Shown here: piece after piece, positions 29,702 through 38,284 of the stretch
Layout: each line of letters opens with the position of its first letter
Numbering within the stretch: position 1 is the first letter of the stretch
Source: Shigella phage ESh27
Direction: 5' to 3' (one strand)
Sequence record: ON528737
Length of the DNA: 64,000 bases
Translations under genes and position numbers: made by a program
Notes under the pieces: generated by a model
Told to the model about the DNA's origin: nothing
What the model saw: only the letters and a program-made list of their open reading frames with translations
Database searches by the model: none

Positions 29702-30244
29702 ATGAGAAAAGCACTACTCGCTGGTCTATTTGCTCTTTCGTTATCAGCACATAGCTCCGAGCATACTTTTAGTAATGTCCAACTCGATAACTTGAATTAT
29801 GCTTATCAGTTTGGGGAACAGTTTTCTAAGGACGGAAAATTTAAAACGCATGAAAATATGCATAAGAAAGGACTTGGATACATAATGGCCGCAATACTAT
29901 GGCAGGAATCATCTGCCGGTGTTAATCTTAAAGATAAGAAAGGTCACCATGCGTATGGAATGTTCCAAAACTATCTACCAACAATGAGGGCAAGAATTAA
30001 CCAGCTTGGTTATAATATGACTGATGCCCAAATTAAGAAAATGCTATCTAAGCGGTCTAATTCAGCCAGATGGGCTTATATCGAATTTTCTTATTGGTTA
30101 AATATACATAACGGGGATATAAGAAAAGCTATATCCTCATATAATGCGGGATGGAAGACAAGTGCTGGAAGTAAATATGCTTCTGAAGTCCTAGAAAAGG
30201 CTAATTACCTTAAATCAAATAAACTACTGGAAGTAAAAGAATGA
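29702..30244 (+). CDS. secreted lytic-transglycosylase-like (SLT domain) protein
   Basis: Signal peptide MRKALLAGLFALSLSAHS; QESS and SYNAG motifs. Confidence 0.65.
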   Translation: MRKALLAGLFALSLSAHSSEHTFSNVQLDNLNYAYQFGEQFSKDGKFKTHENMHKKGLGYIMAAILWQESSAGVNLKDKKGHHAYGMFQNYLPTMRARINQLGYNMTDAQIKKMLSKRSNSARWAYIEFSYWLNIHNGDIRKAISSYNAGWKTSAGSKYASEVLEKANYLKSNKLLEVKE

Positions 30245-30588
30245 CCAAAATGTTGGCTTTAATAGTTGGCTTGGTTTCATTTAACGCTCTTGCTAATACT
30301 ACATATACTGATGTAACGGAGTATATAAACAGAACGGCGTCTGATTATTGTGGTAAAAGTCAAGAGTGTAAAGTAGATTTTTCACAAAAATTGTTATACG
30401 CATATAAAGACGGAGAAAAAGATGGGGCGTCTAGTAGGTTCAAGGCGTCTACCTTAATTAAACGATATCATAAAAAATGGCAAATATTAGAATGCTCGGT
30501 GGCGGAACCTAAAGATAAGGCAGCATGCAATTCTATGGTGGACCGTCTAGTTGACTCTTATACTAGAGGACTTGCAGCAAGTGATTAA
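30241..30588 (+). CDS. secreted cysteine-containing small protein
   Basis: Signal peptide MTKMLALIVGLVSFNALA; 115 aa. Confidence 0.55.
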   Translation: MTKMLALIVGLVSFNALANTTYTDVTEYINRTASDYCGKSQECKVDFSQKLLYAYKDGEKDGASSRFKASTLIKRYHKKWQILECSVAEPKDKAACNSMVDRLVDSYTRGLAASD

Positions 30589-31045
30589 AAACTATATCAA
30601 GGGCGATATTGTCGCCCTGTTTTCTAAAGGTAATAATATTGCTCATGGGTGTAATTGTTTTCATACAATGGGCGCAGGTGTAGCAGGACAATTAGCAAAG
30701 GCGTATCCAAAAATTCTGGAAGCTGATAAACTTCAAACTGTATATGGAGATGAGTCTAAACTCGGATCTTATTCAGTTTATGAAAAATATTTTAAGACCC
30801 ATAAAGCTTATTGCTTTAATCTTTATACACAGTTTGAGCCGGGACCTAATTTTGAGTACTCTGCTTTAATGAATTGTATAATAGAATTAAATGAATTCGG
30901 AAAAAATAAGATAACAAAGCCTGTAATTTATATGCCAAGAATTGGTGCAGGTATTGGTGGCGGAAACTGGGATGTCATCGAAGAGATTTTAGATACGTAT
31001 TCCACTAAACTAGAAATTGTGATTGTTGATTGGGAACCTAAATGA
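30581..31045 (+). CDS. macro-domain-like protein (putative ADP-ribose binding or processing)
   Basis: GDIV...NIAHGCNC...MGAGVAG and ...PRIGAGIGGG pattern; GTG start at 30581 after AGAGGA. Confidence 0.55.
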   Translation: MIKNYIKGDIVALFSKGNNIAHGCNCFHTMGAGVAGQLAKAYPKILEADKLQTVYGDESKLGSYSVYEKYFKTHKAYCFNLYTQFEPGPNFEYSALMNCIIELNEFGKNKITKPVIYMPRIGAGIGGGNWDVIEEILDTYSTKLEIVIVDWEPK

Positions 31046-31224
31046 AATTGACTAAAGAAGAGAAAGCTAAACTGTTCGAACTTATCCATGACCTATTGGA
31101 TGAGCAAGCAGCCACTAATGCGTATGATGAATATGCTCCTTTAACAGATGAAGAATATCAAACATTGTTGGAATCATTTGACAGGAAAGAACAAGAACTC
31201 ATTGACTATGTGAATTCACTATAA
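31042..31224 (+). CDS. hypothetical acidic protein
   Basis: 60-aa ORF. Confidence 0.45.
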   Translation: MKLTKEEKAKLFELIHDLLDEQAATNAYDEYAPLTDEEYQTLLESFDRKEQELIDYVNSL

Positions 31225-31233
31225 GGGACTCTT

Positions 31234-31815
31234 ATGGCTAGTTTAATTTTTACCTATGCCGCTATGAACGCCGGTAAGTCTGCTTCATTACTTACCGCCG
31301 CACATAACTATAAAGAACGTGGCATGGGTGTATTAGTTCTTAAACCGGATATTGATACTCGTGATTCAAAAGGTGAAATAGTCTCTCGTATTGGTATTCG
31401 TCAGGATGCCAATATAATTACAAAAGACATGGATATCTTTGAATTCTATAAATGGGCTGCAGCACAAAAGGATATTCACTGTGTATTTGTTGATGAAGCT
31501 CAGTTCTTAACTACTGAAAAGGTGTATCAGCTTAGTCGTATTGTTGACGTATACAATGTGCCGGTAATGGCATACGGACTACGAACAGATTTTAAAGGTA
31601 ATCTATTTGAAGGTTCTCAAGCATTAATGGCTATTGCCGATAAGCTTGTTGAACTTAAAGGTGTCTGTCATTGTGGTAAAAAGGCCACTATGGTAGCTAG
31701 AGTCACGGAAGATGGACTTCCAATTACAGACGGTGGACAAATTGAAATTGGTGATACTGATAGATATGTGTCATTATGCCGGAAGCATTGGAATGATTTG
31801 ACAGGGTTGTTATAA
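31234..31815 (+). CDS. tk: thymidine kinase
   Basis: P-loop AAMNAGKSASLL, VDEAQF, C-terminal zinc ribbon CHCGKKA...LCRKHW; 193 aa. Confidence 0.92.
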   Translation: MASLIFTYAAMNAGKSASLLTAAHNYKERGMGVLVLKPDIDTRDSKGEIVSRIGIRQDANIITKDMDIFEFYKWAAAQKDIHCVFVDEAQFLTTEKVYQLSRIVDVYNVPVMAYGLRTDFKGNLFEGSQALMAIADKLVELKGVCHCGKKATMVARVTEDGLPITDGGQIEIGDTDRYVSLCRKHWNDLTGLL

Positions 31816-31842
31816 ATACTAATATCTAACCAAGAGGTATAT

Positions 31843-32055
31843 ATGCAGCAATTAAACGAAAGACAACTTCGTAATCTTACTGTAACCCAATTGGATGAAA
31901 TCCGAAGAGAATTAGGACATTCTATTTCTCATTTAAACGAGGATATCCGTCAAACTGGTTCTAAAGCTGATTATACACGCAAGCGCAAGCTGGAAAAATA
32001 CCTCGCAGATGTTAAGGCCGTTCAAAGGCGAAAAATAAATACTGGCCAAAATTAA
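31843..32055 (+). CDS. hypothetical basic protein
   Basis: 70-aa ORF between tk and rI. Confidence 0.5.
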   Translation: MQQLNERQLRNLTVTQLDEIRRELGHSISHLNEDIRQTGSKADYTRKRKLEKYLADVKAVQRRKINTGQN

Positions 32056-32067
32056 CAGGAGGCCTAT

Positions 32068-32370
32068 ATGGCCTTAAGAGCGATAGCCATTGTGGCGATG
32101 CTGGGGTTTTTTGCAGCAACGACTCCTATTGTTGGTACTGCATATGTTGACCCGTACTTTGATAACTTTATGGAATCAGGGATTAAAAACGTATATACTT
32201 TGTTCGAAATTCAAAATGTTGAGAATTCTGAAAAATTTTATAAGTATATGGCAAAGCATTACAAAAATAGCCCCTGTGATGATGCATTTGAATGCCAGGA
32301 ACAAGGCATAAAAACTGCCAGACAATTTGCCGAGTTCATGAAAATAAAATTAGAGCCTACATCTATCTAA
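32068..32370 (+). CDS. rI: lysis inhibition regulator RI
   Basis: Signal anchor MALRAIAIVAMLGFF..., VDPYFDNFMESGI..., ~100 aa, resembles T4 RI. Confidence 0.82.
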   Translation: MALRAIAIVAMLGFFAATTPIVGTAYVDPYFDNFMESGIKNVYTLFEIQNVENSEKFYKYMAKHYKNSPCDDAFECQEQGIKTARQFAEFMKIKLEPTSI

Positions 32371-32377
32371 TTTACTA

Positions 32378-32404
32378 GCCCCTTCCGAAAGGTTGGGGCT
32401 TTTT
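32378..32404 (+). terminator. rho-independent terminator (repeat copy 2)
   Basis: Same GCCCCTTCCGAAAGGTTGGGGC-T5 element. Confidence 0.6.
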
Positions 32405-32437
32405 GTATAAATATCCTTGTAAACTAAGAGAGGATAT

Positions 32438-32995
32438 ATGAAATTTTTAAAATATGTAAGTTGGGTTGTTCTTGTTCCTATAGATTGGATCGCAGCGATT
32501 TTGGCAATTATTCTAGCACCATTTGTAGTTCCATTCCATAGTGAAAAAACCGGTAAACTACCTTATGGCTTTAACTGGATGATGACTTACGATAATCCTA
32601 TCGATGGTGACCGTGGCCATGTTGAACGTTGGTCTAAAATACGTAAAATTCCTGTTATAGGTAAATATGCTCAACGCGTAGCTTGGCTATGGCGAAACAA
32701 AGCATATAATTTTTCGTATCATGTTTTAGGGCGTGAAGCTTCATCAGAATGGCACTATAAAGGCAACACCGAAACTAAATCTGGTTCTCCTGACCCAGCA
32801 CATCATGGATACCTTTTAGTTTGGAATGAGTCTGCATGGGGATTATTCGCTGCTATACCTTATCTTAAGGTCGGCGGTATTACATTTTATCTGCGCGTTT
32901 ACTGTGGTTGGAAACTTAAGAGTCTTTTGAGTCGTCCTATTCCACGCGCAATGCTTTCATTCCATATCAACCCTTTACGATATTACAAAAACTAA
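32438..32995 (+). CDS. membrane-anchored hypothetical protein
   Basis: N-terminal hydrophobic helix; 185 aa. Confidence 0.6.
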   Translation: MKFLKYVSWVVLVPIDWIAAILAIILAPFVVPFHSEKTGKLPYGFNWMMTYDNPIDGDRGHVERWSKIRKIPVIGKYAQRVAWLWRNKAYNFSYHVLGREASSEWHYKGNTETKSGSPDPAHHGYLLVWNESAWGLFAAIPYLKVGGITFYLRVYCGWKLKSLLSRPIPRAMLSFHINPLRYYKN

Positions 32996-33000
32996 TCAAA

Positions 33001-33028
33001 GCCCCTTCCGAAAGGTTGGGGCTTTTTT
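33001..33028 (+). terminator. rho-independent terminator (repeat copy 3)
   Basis: Same GCCCCTTCCGAAAGGTTGGGGC element, T6. Confidence 0.6.
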
Positions 33029-33038
33029 GTATCTATCA

Positions 33039-33090
33039 GTTTACTTCTCCTCAGGTTGTGTTATAGTAGACCTTACTTACTAGAGGAGAA
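33039..33090 (+). promoter_or_regulatory. early promoter with TTCTCCTC / GAGGAGAA inverted repeat spanning the SD
   Basis: GTTTAC 33039-44, TATAGT 33062-67. Confidence 0.55.
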
Positions 33091-33094
33091 CGTT

Positions 33095-33274
33095 ATGTCA
33101 CGTAAAGAAAAAATTTCTAAGTTAATGTTTTTGATTGAAGAGTACGCTAACGCTGTATCTGATTGGGAAAATGCCCATGGGTGTGAAGACGGTGATATCG
33201 ATATCAATAAGGCAATGAAAAAGATGGCCGACTCCCACACCGAATTGCAAATGTATGTTAACGAGATTATGTGA
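33095..33274 (+). CDS. hypothetical protein
   Basis: GAGGAGAA then ATG at 33095. Confidence 0.55.
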   Translation: MSRKEKISKLMFLIEEYANAVSDWENAHGCEDGDIDINKAMKKMADSHTELQMYVNEIM

Positions 33275-33281
33275 GGATATT

Positions 33282-33491
33282 ATGCTTTACGATTATACTG
33301 GAAAATCTGAAGACGGCGTACTTGAACTTTTACCTGAAAGCGCTGAAGATGATGATATGACGACGGTGATGTTTTGTAAAAATGGCCCTGGGGATAAGGG
33401 ATGGATTTATCTTCGTCAAGAAAATGACCTAATTGTTTTGGACCCTAAACAAGTTGAAGAGCTTTATCAACATTTAAAACACAATCGGTAG
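33282..33491 (+). CDS. hypothetical acidic protein
   Basis: GAGG then ATG at 33282. Confidence 0.55.
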   Translation: MLYDYTGKSEDGVLELLPESAEDDDMTTVMFCKNGPGDKGWIYLRQENDLIVLDPKQVEELYQHLKHNR

Positions 33492-33527
33492 TTTACATCT
33501 TGGTAGGACTATGTTATAGTAGTCCTA
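33491..33527 (+). promoter_or_regulatory. early promoter cassette, 37-bp repeat of 13675-13711
   Basis: Identical gtttacatcttggtaggactatgttatagtagtccta. Confidence 0.5.
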
Positions 33528-33548
33528 CTAAAACAAACGGAGAACAAA

Positions 33549-33659
33549 ATGAAACTTTTGCTTATCGCTTATGTTGTAGTACAATACAATTATCCGATGT
33601 TTACGTATAACATGGTAAACGGTGTAATGAATCTTATTGAAGCGAGTATGGTAAAATGA
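33549..33659 (+). CDS. small hydrophobic ORF (36 aa)
   Basis: GGAGAA then ATG; below ORF-track length cutoff. Confidence 0.3.
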   Translation: MKLLLIAYVVVQYNYPMFTYNMVNGVMNLIEASMVK

Positions 33660-33835
33660 CCCGTGAACAAGCTAATAAATTGATGGAACTTATCCGTAAC
33701 TTGCGTGAAGCCGATACTGATTTGAATGATGTAGCTCATTGCGAAGTAAATGGTGGCGACGAGTTCTATGAAAAACAGGTTGATGCTTGTCTGAATGATT
33801 TGGTGAATTTTGTTGAAACTTTAATTGGTGAATAA
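33656..33835 (+). CDS. small ORF (59 aa)
   Basis: ATGA overlap with upstream small ORF. Confidence 0.35.
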   Translation: MTREQANKLMELIRNLREADTDLNDVAHCEVNGGDEFYEKQVDACLNDLVNFVETLIGE

Positions 33836-33836
33836 T

Positions 33837-34367
33837 ATGAAAACTGTAATTGAAACAACTGAGCTGTTTGGCGATTTATGTATCGAAAAACGTGGTTATG
33901 CTTACGTTCTGACACAAGAAGATGATGCTGTTACTATTCTTCCTATGGAACTGGACAAGATTTTGAAACTCAATCCACCAGGCCATGCATCTGTAATTAA
34001 CATTGACGAAGACCTTCAAGTTCGTTTTTATCACGGACTTTATAGTGGGGTTAATATCGAAACTGAAGACGAATGTTTTTCTATTAATAATTGGAAAACA
34101 TTCGTCACTAAGGTGAAAGAATTCATGGAATCTGAACCAGTCAAAAAGGCCAAACTTCAATGGTCTAAATGCCGTAATGCTTTTATTACAAATCTGGTCA
34201 ACCCTGACTCTACAACGGTCCTGAGCGTTAATCCTTCTTATGAAGACGGCGATGTCGTAGTTATTCGCCAAATTGATGACCTTCGTCAACATATCGTTAC
34301 ATTAGACAAAGATGAAGCAGTTGCTCTTAAAGCTTATCTTGATTCTATTATCCCGACTTTGAAATAA
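33837..34367 (+). CDS. hypothetical protein
   Basis: ATG at 33837 directly after upstream stop. Confidence 0.6.
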   Translation: MKTVIETTELFGDLCIEKRGYAYVLTQEDDAVTILPMELDKILKLNPPGHASVINIDEDLQVRFYHGLYSGVNIETEDECFSINNWKTFVTKVKEFMESEPVKKAKLQWSKCRNAFITNLVNPDSTTVLSVNPSYEDGDVVVIRQIDDLRQHIVTLDKDEAVALKAYLDSIIPTLK

Positions 34368-34376
34368 GGAATTATT

Positions 34377-34850
34377 ATGATTATCAATGAAAACTCTTGG
34401 CATTTTAAAATTTATGCAGCGTTCAATAGTACATGGAATCGTCCGAAAACGTTGTGTGCTTATTTTTGGAAAACGTTAATCCCGGTATTGGCTGTTTCAA
34501 TTATTGGATTTGCGATTTTAGCAGCAGTCATAATCATTGGCCATGAAATTTTAACTAAATTCTTTGTTTTTAGCAGTCTATGGACATTAGTTCCAGCCTC
34601 AATTGGTGTAGGCATTTTAATTGTAGCAGTCATGGCTCTTATTTCTGTTGGGTTGATAATTGGTCCGTCTTGGTTGTTAGACAAATATAACGACAGAAAA
34701 TATTATAAAGAAATTGAGCTCATTGCACAAAACCAAGAACGAATTAAAAATGGACTTGAGCCTATTGAACGTAAGAAATCATTAATAGGTGAATACCTTA
34801 AATCTCGTAAAGAAAAAGTCTGTCCTACTCTTGAATATAAGGCTAAATGA
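34377..34850 (+). CDS. membrane protein
   Basis: Multiple hydrophobic helices; 157 aa. Confidence 0.6.
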   Translation: MIINENSWHFKIYAAFNSTWNRPKTLCAYFWKTLIPVLAVSIIGFAILAAVIIIGHEILTKFFVFSSLWTLVPASIGVGILIVAVMALISVGLIIGPSWLLDKYNDRKYYKEIELIAQNQERIKNGLEPIERKKSLIGEYLKSRKEKVCPTLEYKAK

Positions 34851-35836
34851 TGAAAACAATTATGAAAGGCTACTTTGGTAGCCACCTTTATGGAACGTCT
34901 ACTCCTGAATCTGACGTCGATTTTAAAGAAATTTATGTCCCTCATGCTCGTGATATCTTGACCGGTAACGTTAAAGAACATATGAGCAAGAACACGAATA
35001 ACACATCTTCTAAGAACACAAAAGACGACGTGGACCATGAGTTGTATAGTCTCAAATATTTCTTTAAACTAGCTGCAGATGGTGAAACTGTCGCATTAGA
35101 TATGCTTCACACTCCACCAAGTCTAGTAGTTAAATCTGATTTGCCTGATGTATGGAAGTATATTCAAGACAACAGGTCTCGTTTCTATACCACTAACATG
35201 AAATCTTATTTAGGGTATGTCCGTAAGCAAGCTTCTAAATATGGCGTCAAGGGTTCTCGTCTGGCTGTTCTCCGCCAAGCCCTTAAACGTTCTAATGAAT
35301 GGGGACAATACTTTGATAATGGTGCAGTAATTCGTTTATCACATATGAAGAATGTTCTGCCTGTAGGTGAATTTGCTTCATGGGTTGAAACTGAAAACGA
35401 GAAAACAGGTAAGCAAACATTCTATAGTCTGTTGGACCGTAAATTCCAAGACACGTTAACCAATAAAGAGTTCAATGCCATCCTGGTTAAACTTGAAGAG
35501 AACTACGGTGAACGTGCTCGTAAGGCAGAAGCCAATGAAGGTATTGATTGGAAAGCATTGAGTCACGCATGCCGTGGTGGACTTCAGCTCTTAGAAATTT
35601 ACAAAACCGGCGACCTGGTTTACCCGCTTCAGGATGCTCCATTTATTCTCGATGTTAAGCTTGGTAAACATACGTTTAAAACCGTACAGGAATTCCTAGA
35701 AGATATCGTCGACCAAGTTGAACATGCCGCAGAACAAGCCGCTAAGAATGGTATGCAGCAAAAAGTAGATATGAGTTTCTGGGATGACTTCCTTGAGCAA
35801 GTCTACTTAGAAAACCACAATTCATACTATAAATGA
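34847..35836 (+). CDS. nucleotidyltransferase-fold protein (Pol-beta superfamily)
   Basis: N-terminal GSHLYGTSTPESDVDF fits hG[GS]x3Gx5SDhDh; 329 aa with helical C-terminal region. Confidence 0.7.
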   Translation: MMKTIMKGYFGSHLYGTSTPESDVDFKEIYVPHARDILTGNVKEHMSKNTNNTSSKNTKDDVDHELYSLKYFFKLAADGETVALDMLHTPPSLVVKSDLPDVWKYIQDNRSRFYTTNMKSYLGYVRKQASKYGVKGSRLAVLRQALKRSNEWGQYFDNGAVIRLSHMKNVLPVGEFASWVETENEKTGKQTFYSLLDRKFQDTLTNKEFNAILVKLEENYGERARKAEANEGIDWKALSHACRGGLQLLEIYKTGDLVYPLQDAPFILDVKLGKHTFKTVQEFLEDIVDQVEHAAEQAAKNGMQQKVDMSFWDDFLEQVYLENHNSYYK

Positions 35837-35839
35837 TAA

Positions 35840-35856
35840 GGGCCTTCGGGCCCTTT
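35840..35856 (+). terminator. hairpin terminator
   Basis: GGGCC-TTCG-GGCCC then TTT. Confidence 0.5.
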
Positions 35857-35883
35857 AGGGGGTCAAAATATTTTTAAAAAGTA

Positions 35884-35912
35884 GTGTACATGCTTTTAGG
35901 ATATGTTATTAT
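35884..35912 (+). promoter_or_regulatory. early promoter (GTGTAC / TATTAT)
   Basis: 17-nt spacer; followed by the CTATCAAAACAAGAGG leader. Confidence 0.45.
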
Positions 35913-35940
35913 AGACCTATCAAAACAAGAGGAAAACAAA

Positions 35941-36159
35941 ATGAAAACCAAAATGTTAGAAATGATTCGTGAAGCTGGTGATAAAGGTCTTATGGTTAAC
36001 ACTCGTGATGCAGACCAACGTCAAGCATTCGGTGAACTGAAAGCTAAAGGTCTAGTTAAAGCATCCTTGGGAATCGGTAACGCATTACGAGTCACTTTGA
36101 CTCCTGCTGGTAAAGCAATGTTCTTTCAACCTCTTACCAAAAAATCTCGTCGCAAATAA
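35941..36159 (+). CDS. small basic protein, possible winged-helix DNA-binding
   Basis: 72 aa; GAGGAAAA then ATG; fold assignment is a guess. Confidence 0.5.
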   Translation: MKTKMLEMIREAGDKGLMVNTRDADQRQAFGELKAKGLVKASLGIGNALRVTLTPAGKAMFFQPLTKKSRRK

Positions 36160-36161
36160 TT

Positions 36162-36190
36162 GTTTACTTTTGCTTTAAACATGTTATTAT
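36162..36190 (+). promoter_or_regulatory. early promoter (GTTTAC / TATTAT)
   Basis: 17-nt spacer. Confidence 0.5.
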
Positions 36191-36229
36191 AGACCTATCG
36201 AAACGAAATGAGTAAATTTGGAGAATAAA

Positions 36230-37210
36230 ATGTTCAACGTTCAAATCAAAAAAGGTATCTATCGTAATAACGAAATCTCTGGTTCTTATGTTGCCACAAA
36301 GACATGGTTCCCGGCAAAGCTTAATCCTGAATGTTCCCACTTAGGTGACGGTAAAATTTTCGTTATGATTGATGGTTCTGAACGTGGAGTATGGGTCTTC
36401 AAATCAGACATCGTAATGGAAGGAGTTGAGACATCACCAGTTGCAGTTATTGAAAGCGCTGAAGATATGAAAACTCGTATCAACAAACGCTTTAAAGTAA
36501 TGAACATGATGACGAATGGCATTATCGATGGCAAAATTCGTTCACTCATTATTTCAGGTGCAGCAGGTATTGGTAAGACGTATTCTCTGGATAAAGCACT
36601 TAATAATGCTAATGATAATGGTTTCATCAAATACAAAAGCATTAATGGCAAAATCTCTGGTATTGGCCTTTACGAACAACTTTGGCTCAACCGTGATGCA
36701 GACAGCGTTCTCTTAATCGATGACGTTGACGTATTCTCAGATATGGATATCTTGAACCTTCTTAAAGCAGCATTAGATACTGGCGATAAACGCAAAGTTT
36801 GCTGGAGCACTGCATCATCTTATCTTGATGATAAGGGTATCGATAAAGAATTTGAGTTTGAAGGTACTATCGTTTTCATTACAAACGTTGATATCGATAA
36901 AGAGTTAGAACGCGGTTCGAAACTTGCTCCACACCTTCAAGCTTTAGTATCTCGTTCAGTGTATTTGGACCTTGGAGTACACTCTAATGAAGAGATTATG
37001 GTCCGAGTTGAAGATGTAATATTATCTACTGACATGATGCAGAAACGTGGTCTGACTGATGCTGAAACGTATAAAGCATTGTCCTGGATGAAGGCTAACA
37101 TATCTCGTCTTCGCAATGTATCATTACGTACGGCTCTTTATGTAGCAGATTTTATTTCAACTGATAAAGACGGTTGGGAGGAAATCTCCGAAGTAACTTT
37201 ACTGAAATAA
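36230..37210 (+). CDS. AAA+ family ATPase
   Basis: Walker A GAAGIGKT, Walker B VLLIDDVD, sensor-1-like FITN; 326 aa. Confidence 0.7.
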   Translation: MFNVQIKKGIYRNNEISGSYVATKTWFPAKLNPECSHLGDGKIFVMIDGSERGVWVFKSDIVMEGVETSPVAVIESAEDMKTRINKRFKVMNMMTNGIIDGKIRSLIISGAAGIGKTYSLDKALNNANDNGFIKYKSINGKISGIGLYEQLWLNRDADSVLLIDDVDVFSDMDILNLLKAALDTGDKRKVCWSTASSYLDDKGIDKEFEFEGTIVFITNVDIDKELERGSKLAPHLQALVSRSVYLDLGVHSNEEIMVRVEDVILSTDMMQKRGLTDAETYKALSWMKANISRLRNVSLRTALYVADFISTDKDGWEEISEVTLLK

Positions 37211-37348
37211 ACTTACAGGAAGTCCTGAGGTAACAAAAGCCATAAAGATGAATAATCATATGGCTTACCTCAAAGAAGGACACCAGGAACCTACTGAGGG
37301 CATAGAAATATTTAAAAATAATGATGTACAAATCAAAGAGGATATGTT

Positions 37349-37636
37349 ATGGATTTTATGCAAAAAATTAAAGCCGCAGTCGAACTCTATGCTCATCGTA
37401 TGGTTAGTTCTACGATGCAATATAGCGAGGATGTTCGCCAGGACTCTTCCTTGAAAGGAAAAACTAAAGCCTTAATTACCTTAGATCGTTTGCAAAAGAA
37501 TGCCCTAGAGATGCTCCAGTACGACAAGGGTGTATATAAGAAAGAACAGGAAGAGAAACTTAAATCTGAAAAATTACAAAAAATCCCGAAGTCTGTTTGG
37601 TTCAGTGGAAAAAATACCGAAAAAAGTTTCTTTTAG
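37349..37636 (+). CDS. hypothetical basic protein
   Basis: AGAGGA then ATG at 37349. Confidence 0.5.
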   Translation: MDFMQKIKAAVELYAHRMVSSTMQYSEDVRQDSSLKGKTKALITLDRLQKNALEMLQYDKGVYKKEQEEKLKSEKLQKIPKSVWFSGKNTEKSFF

Positions 37637-37638
37637 TT

Positions 37639-37672
37639 GTTTACAAGGTCTATGGTTATGTTATTATAGACC
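37639..37672 (+). promoter_or_regulatory. early promoter with GGTCTAT/ATAGACC inverted repeat
   Basis: GTTTAC 37639-44, TATTAT 37662-67. Confidence 0.5.
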
Positions 37673-37694
37673 TATCAACTACTGGAGGTAAAAC

Positions 37695-38222
37695 ATGAAC
37701 GCTAAAGATATTTTCAACCTGGTAAATTATAACGACGGTAAATTTAAATCTGAAGCACAAAGCAAGTTCTTTAATGACGTTGCTTATGGTAACGAGATTA
37801 CCGTGGACGGAGGTCAGATTTTCAAATCTCGCTGGAATTGGATTGTTATCATCGATTCGATTGGAATTGTGGAAGTCTACAAAAACACTAACAAAAAACG
37901 TACATTATTCTGGTCTCGTGAAACTAACGAGCAGTACAAAAAGGATAAAGCATCTCGTTTATCCAAAGTAACCAAGGAAGATATCGAGTTTATCAAGAAA
38001 GATATCGAGATGTACGAAAATTTAATCGCTGAAGACCAGGCAGTACTCGATAAGTTTGATGAAATTAAAGCTTCTCGTGAAATCCCTGACTTCATGAAAG
38101 AAACAGTAAACGAACGATACGCTCTCACTTCAGAACGTATTGCAAACTATACAAAACAGAAATCAGAACGTATTAGTACTCTTCGGAAATTTGAAGAACG
38201 TTTAAAGACGGTTCACGCATAA
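37695..38222 (+). CDS. hypothetical protein
   Basis: 175-aa ORF after CTGGAGG. Confidence 0.6.
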   Translation: MNAKDIFNLVNYNDGKFKSEAQSKFFNDVAYGNEITVDGGQIFKSRWNWIVIIDSIGIVEVYKNTNKKRTLFWSRETNEQYKKDKASRLSKVTKEDIEFIKKDIEMYENLIAEDQAVLDKFDEIKASREIPDFMKETVNERYALTSERIANYTKQKSERISTLRKFEERLKTVHA

Positions 38223-38284
38223 ACGCTTTACCCAAGGACGGGTTATAATGGTTTTGAGTTCCAATTCAATCTGAGGAAATAGTT

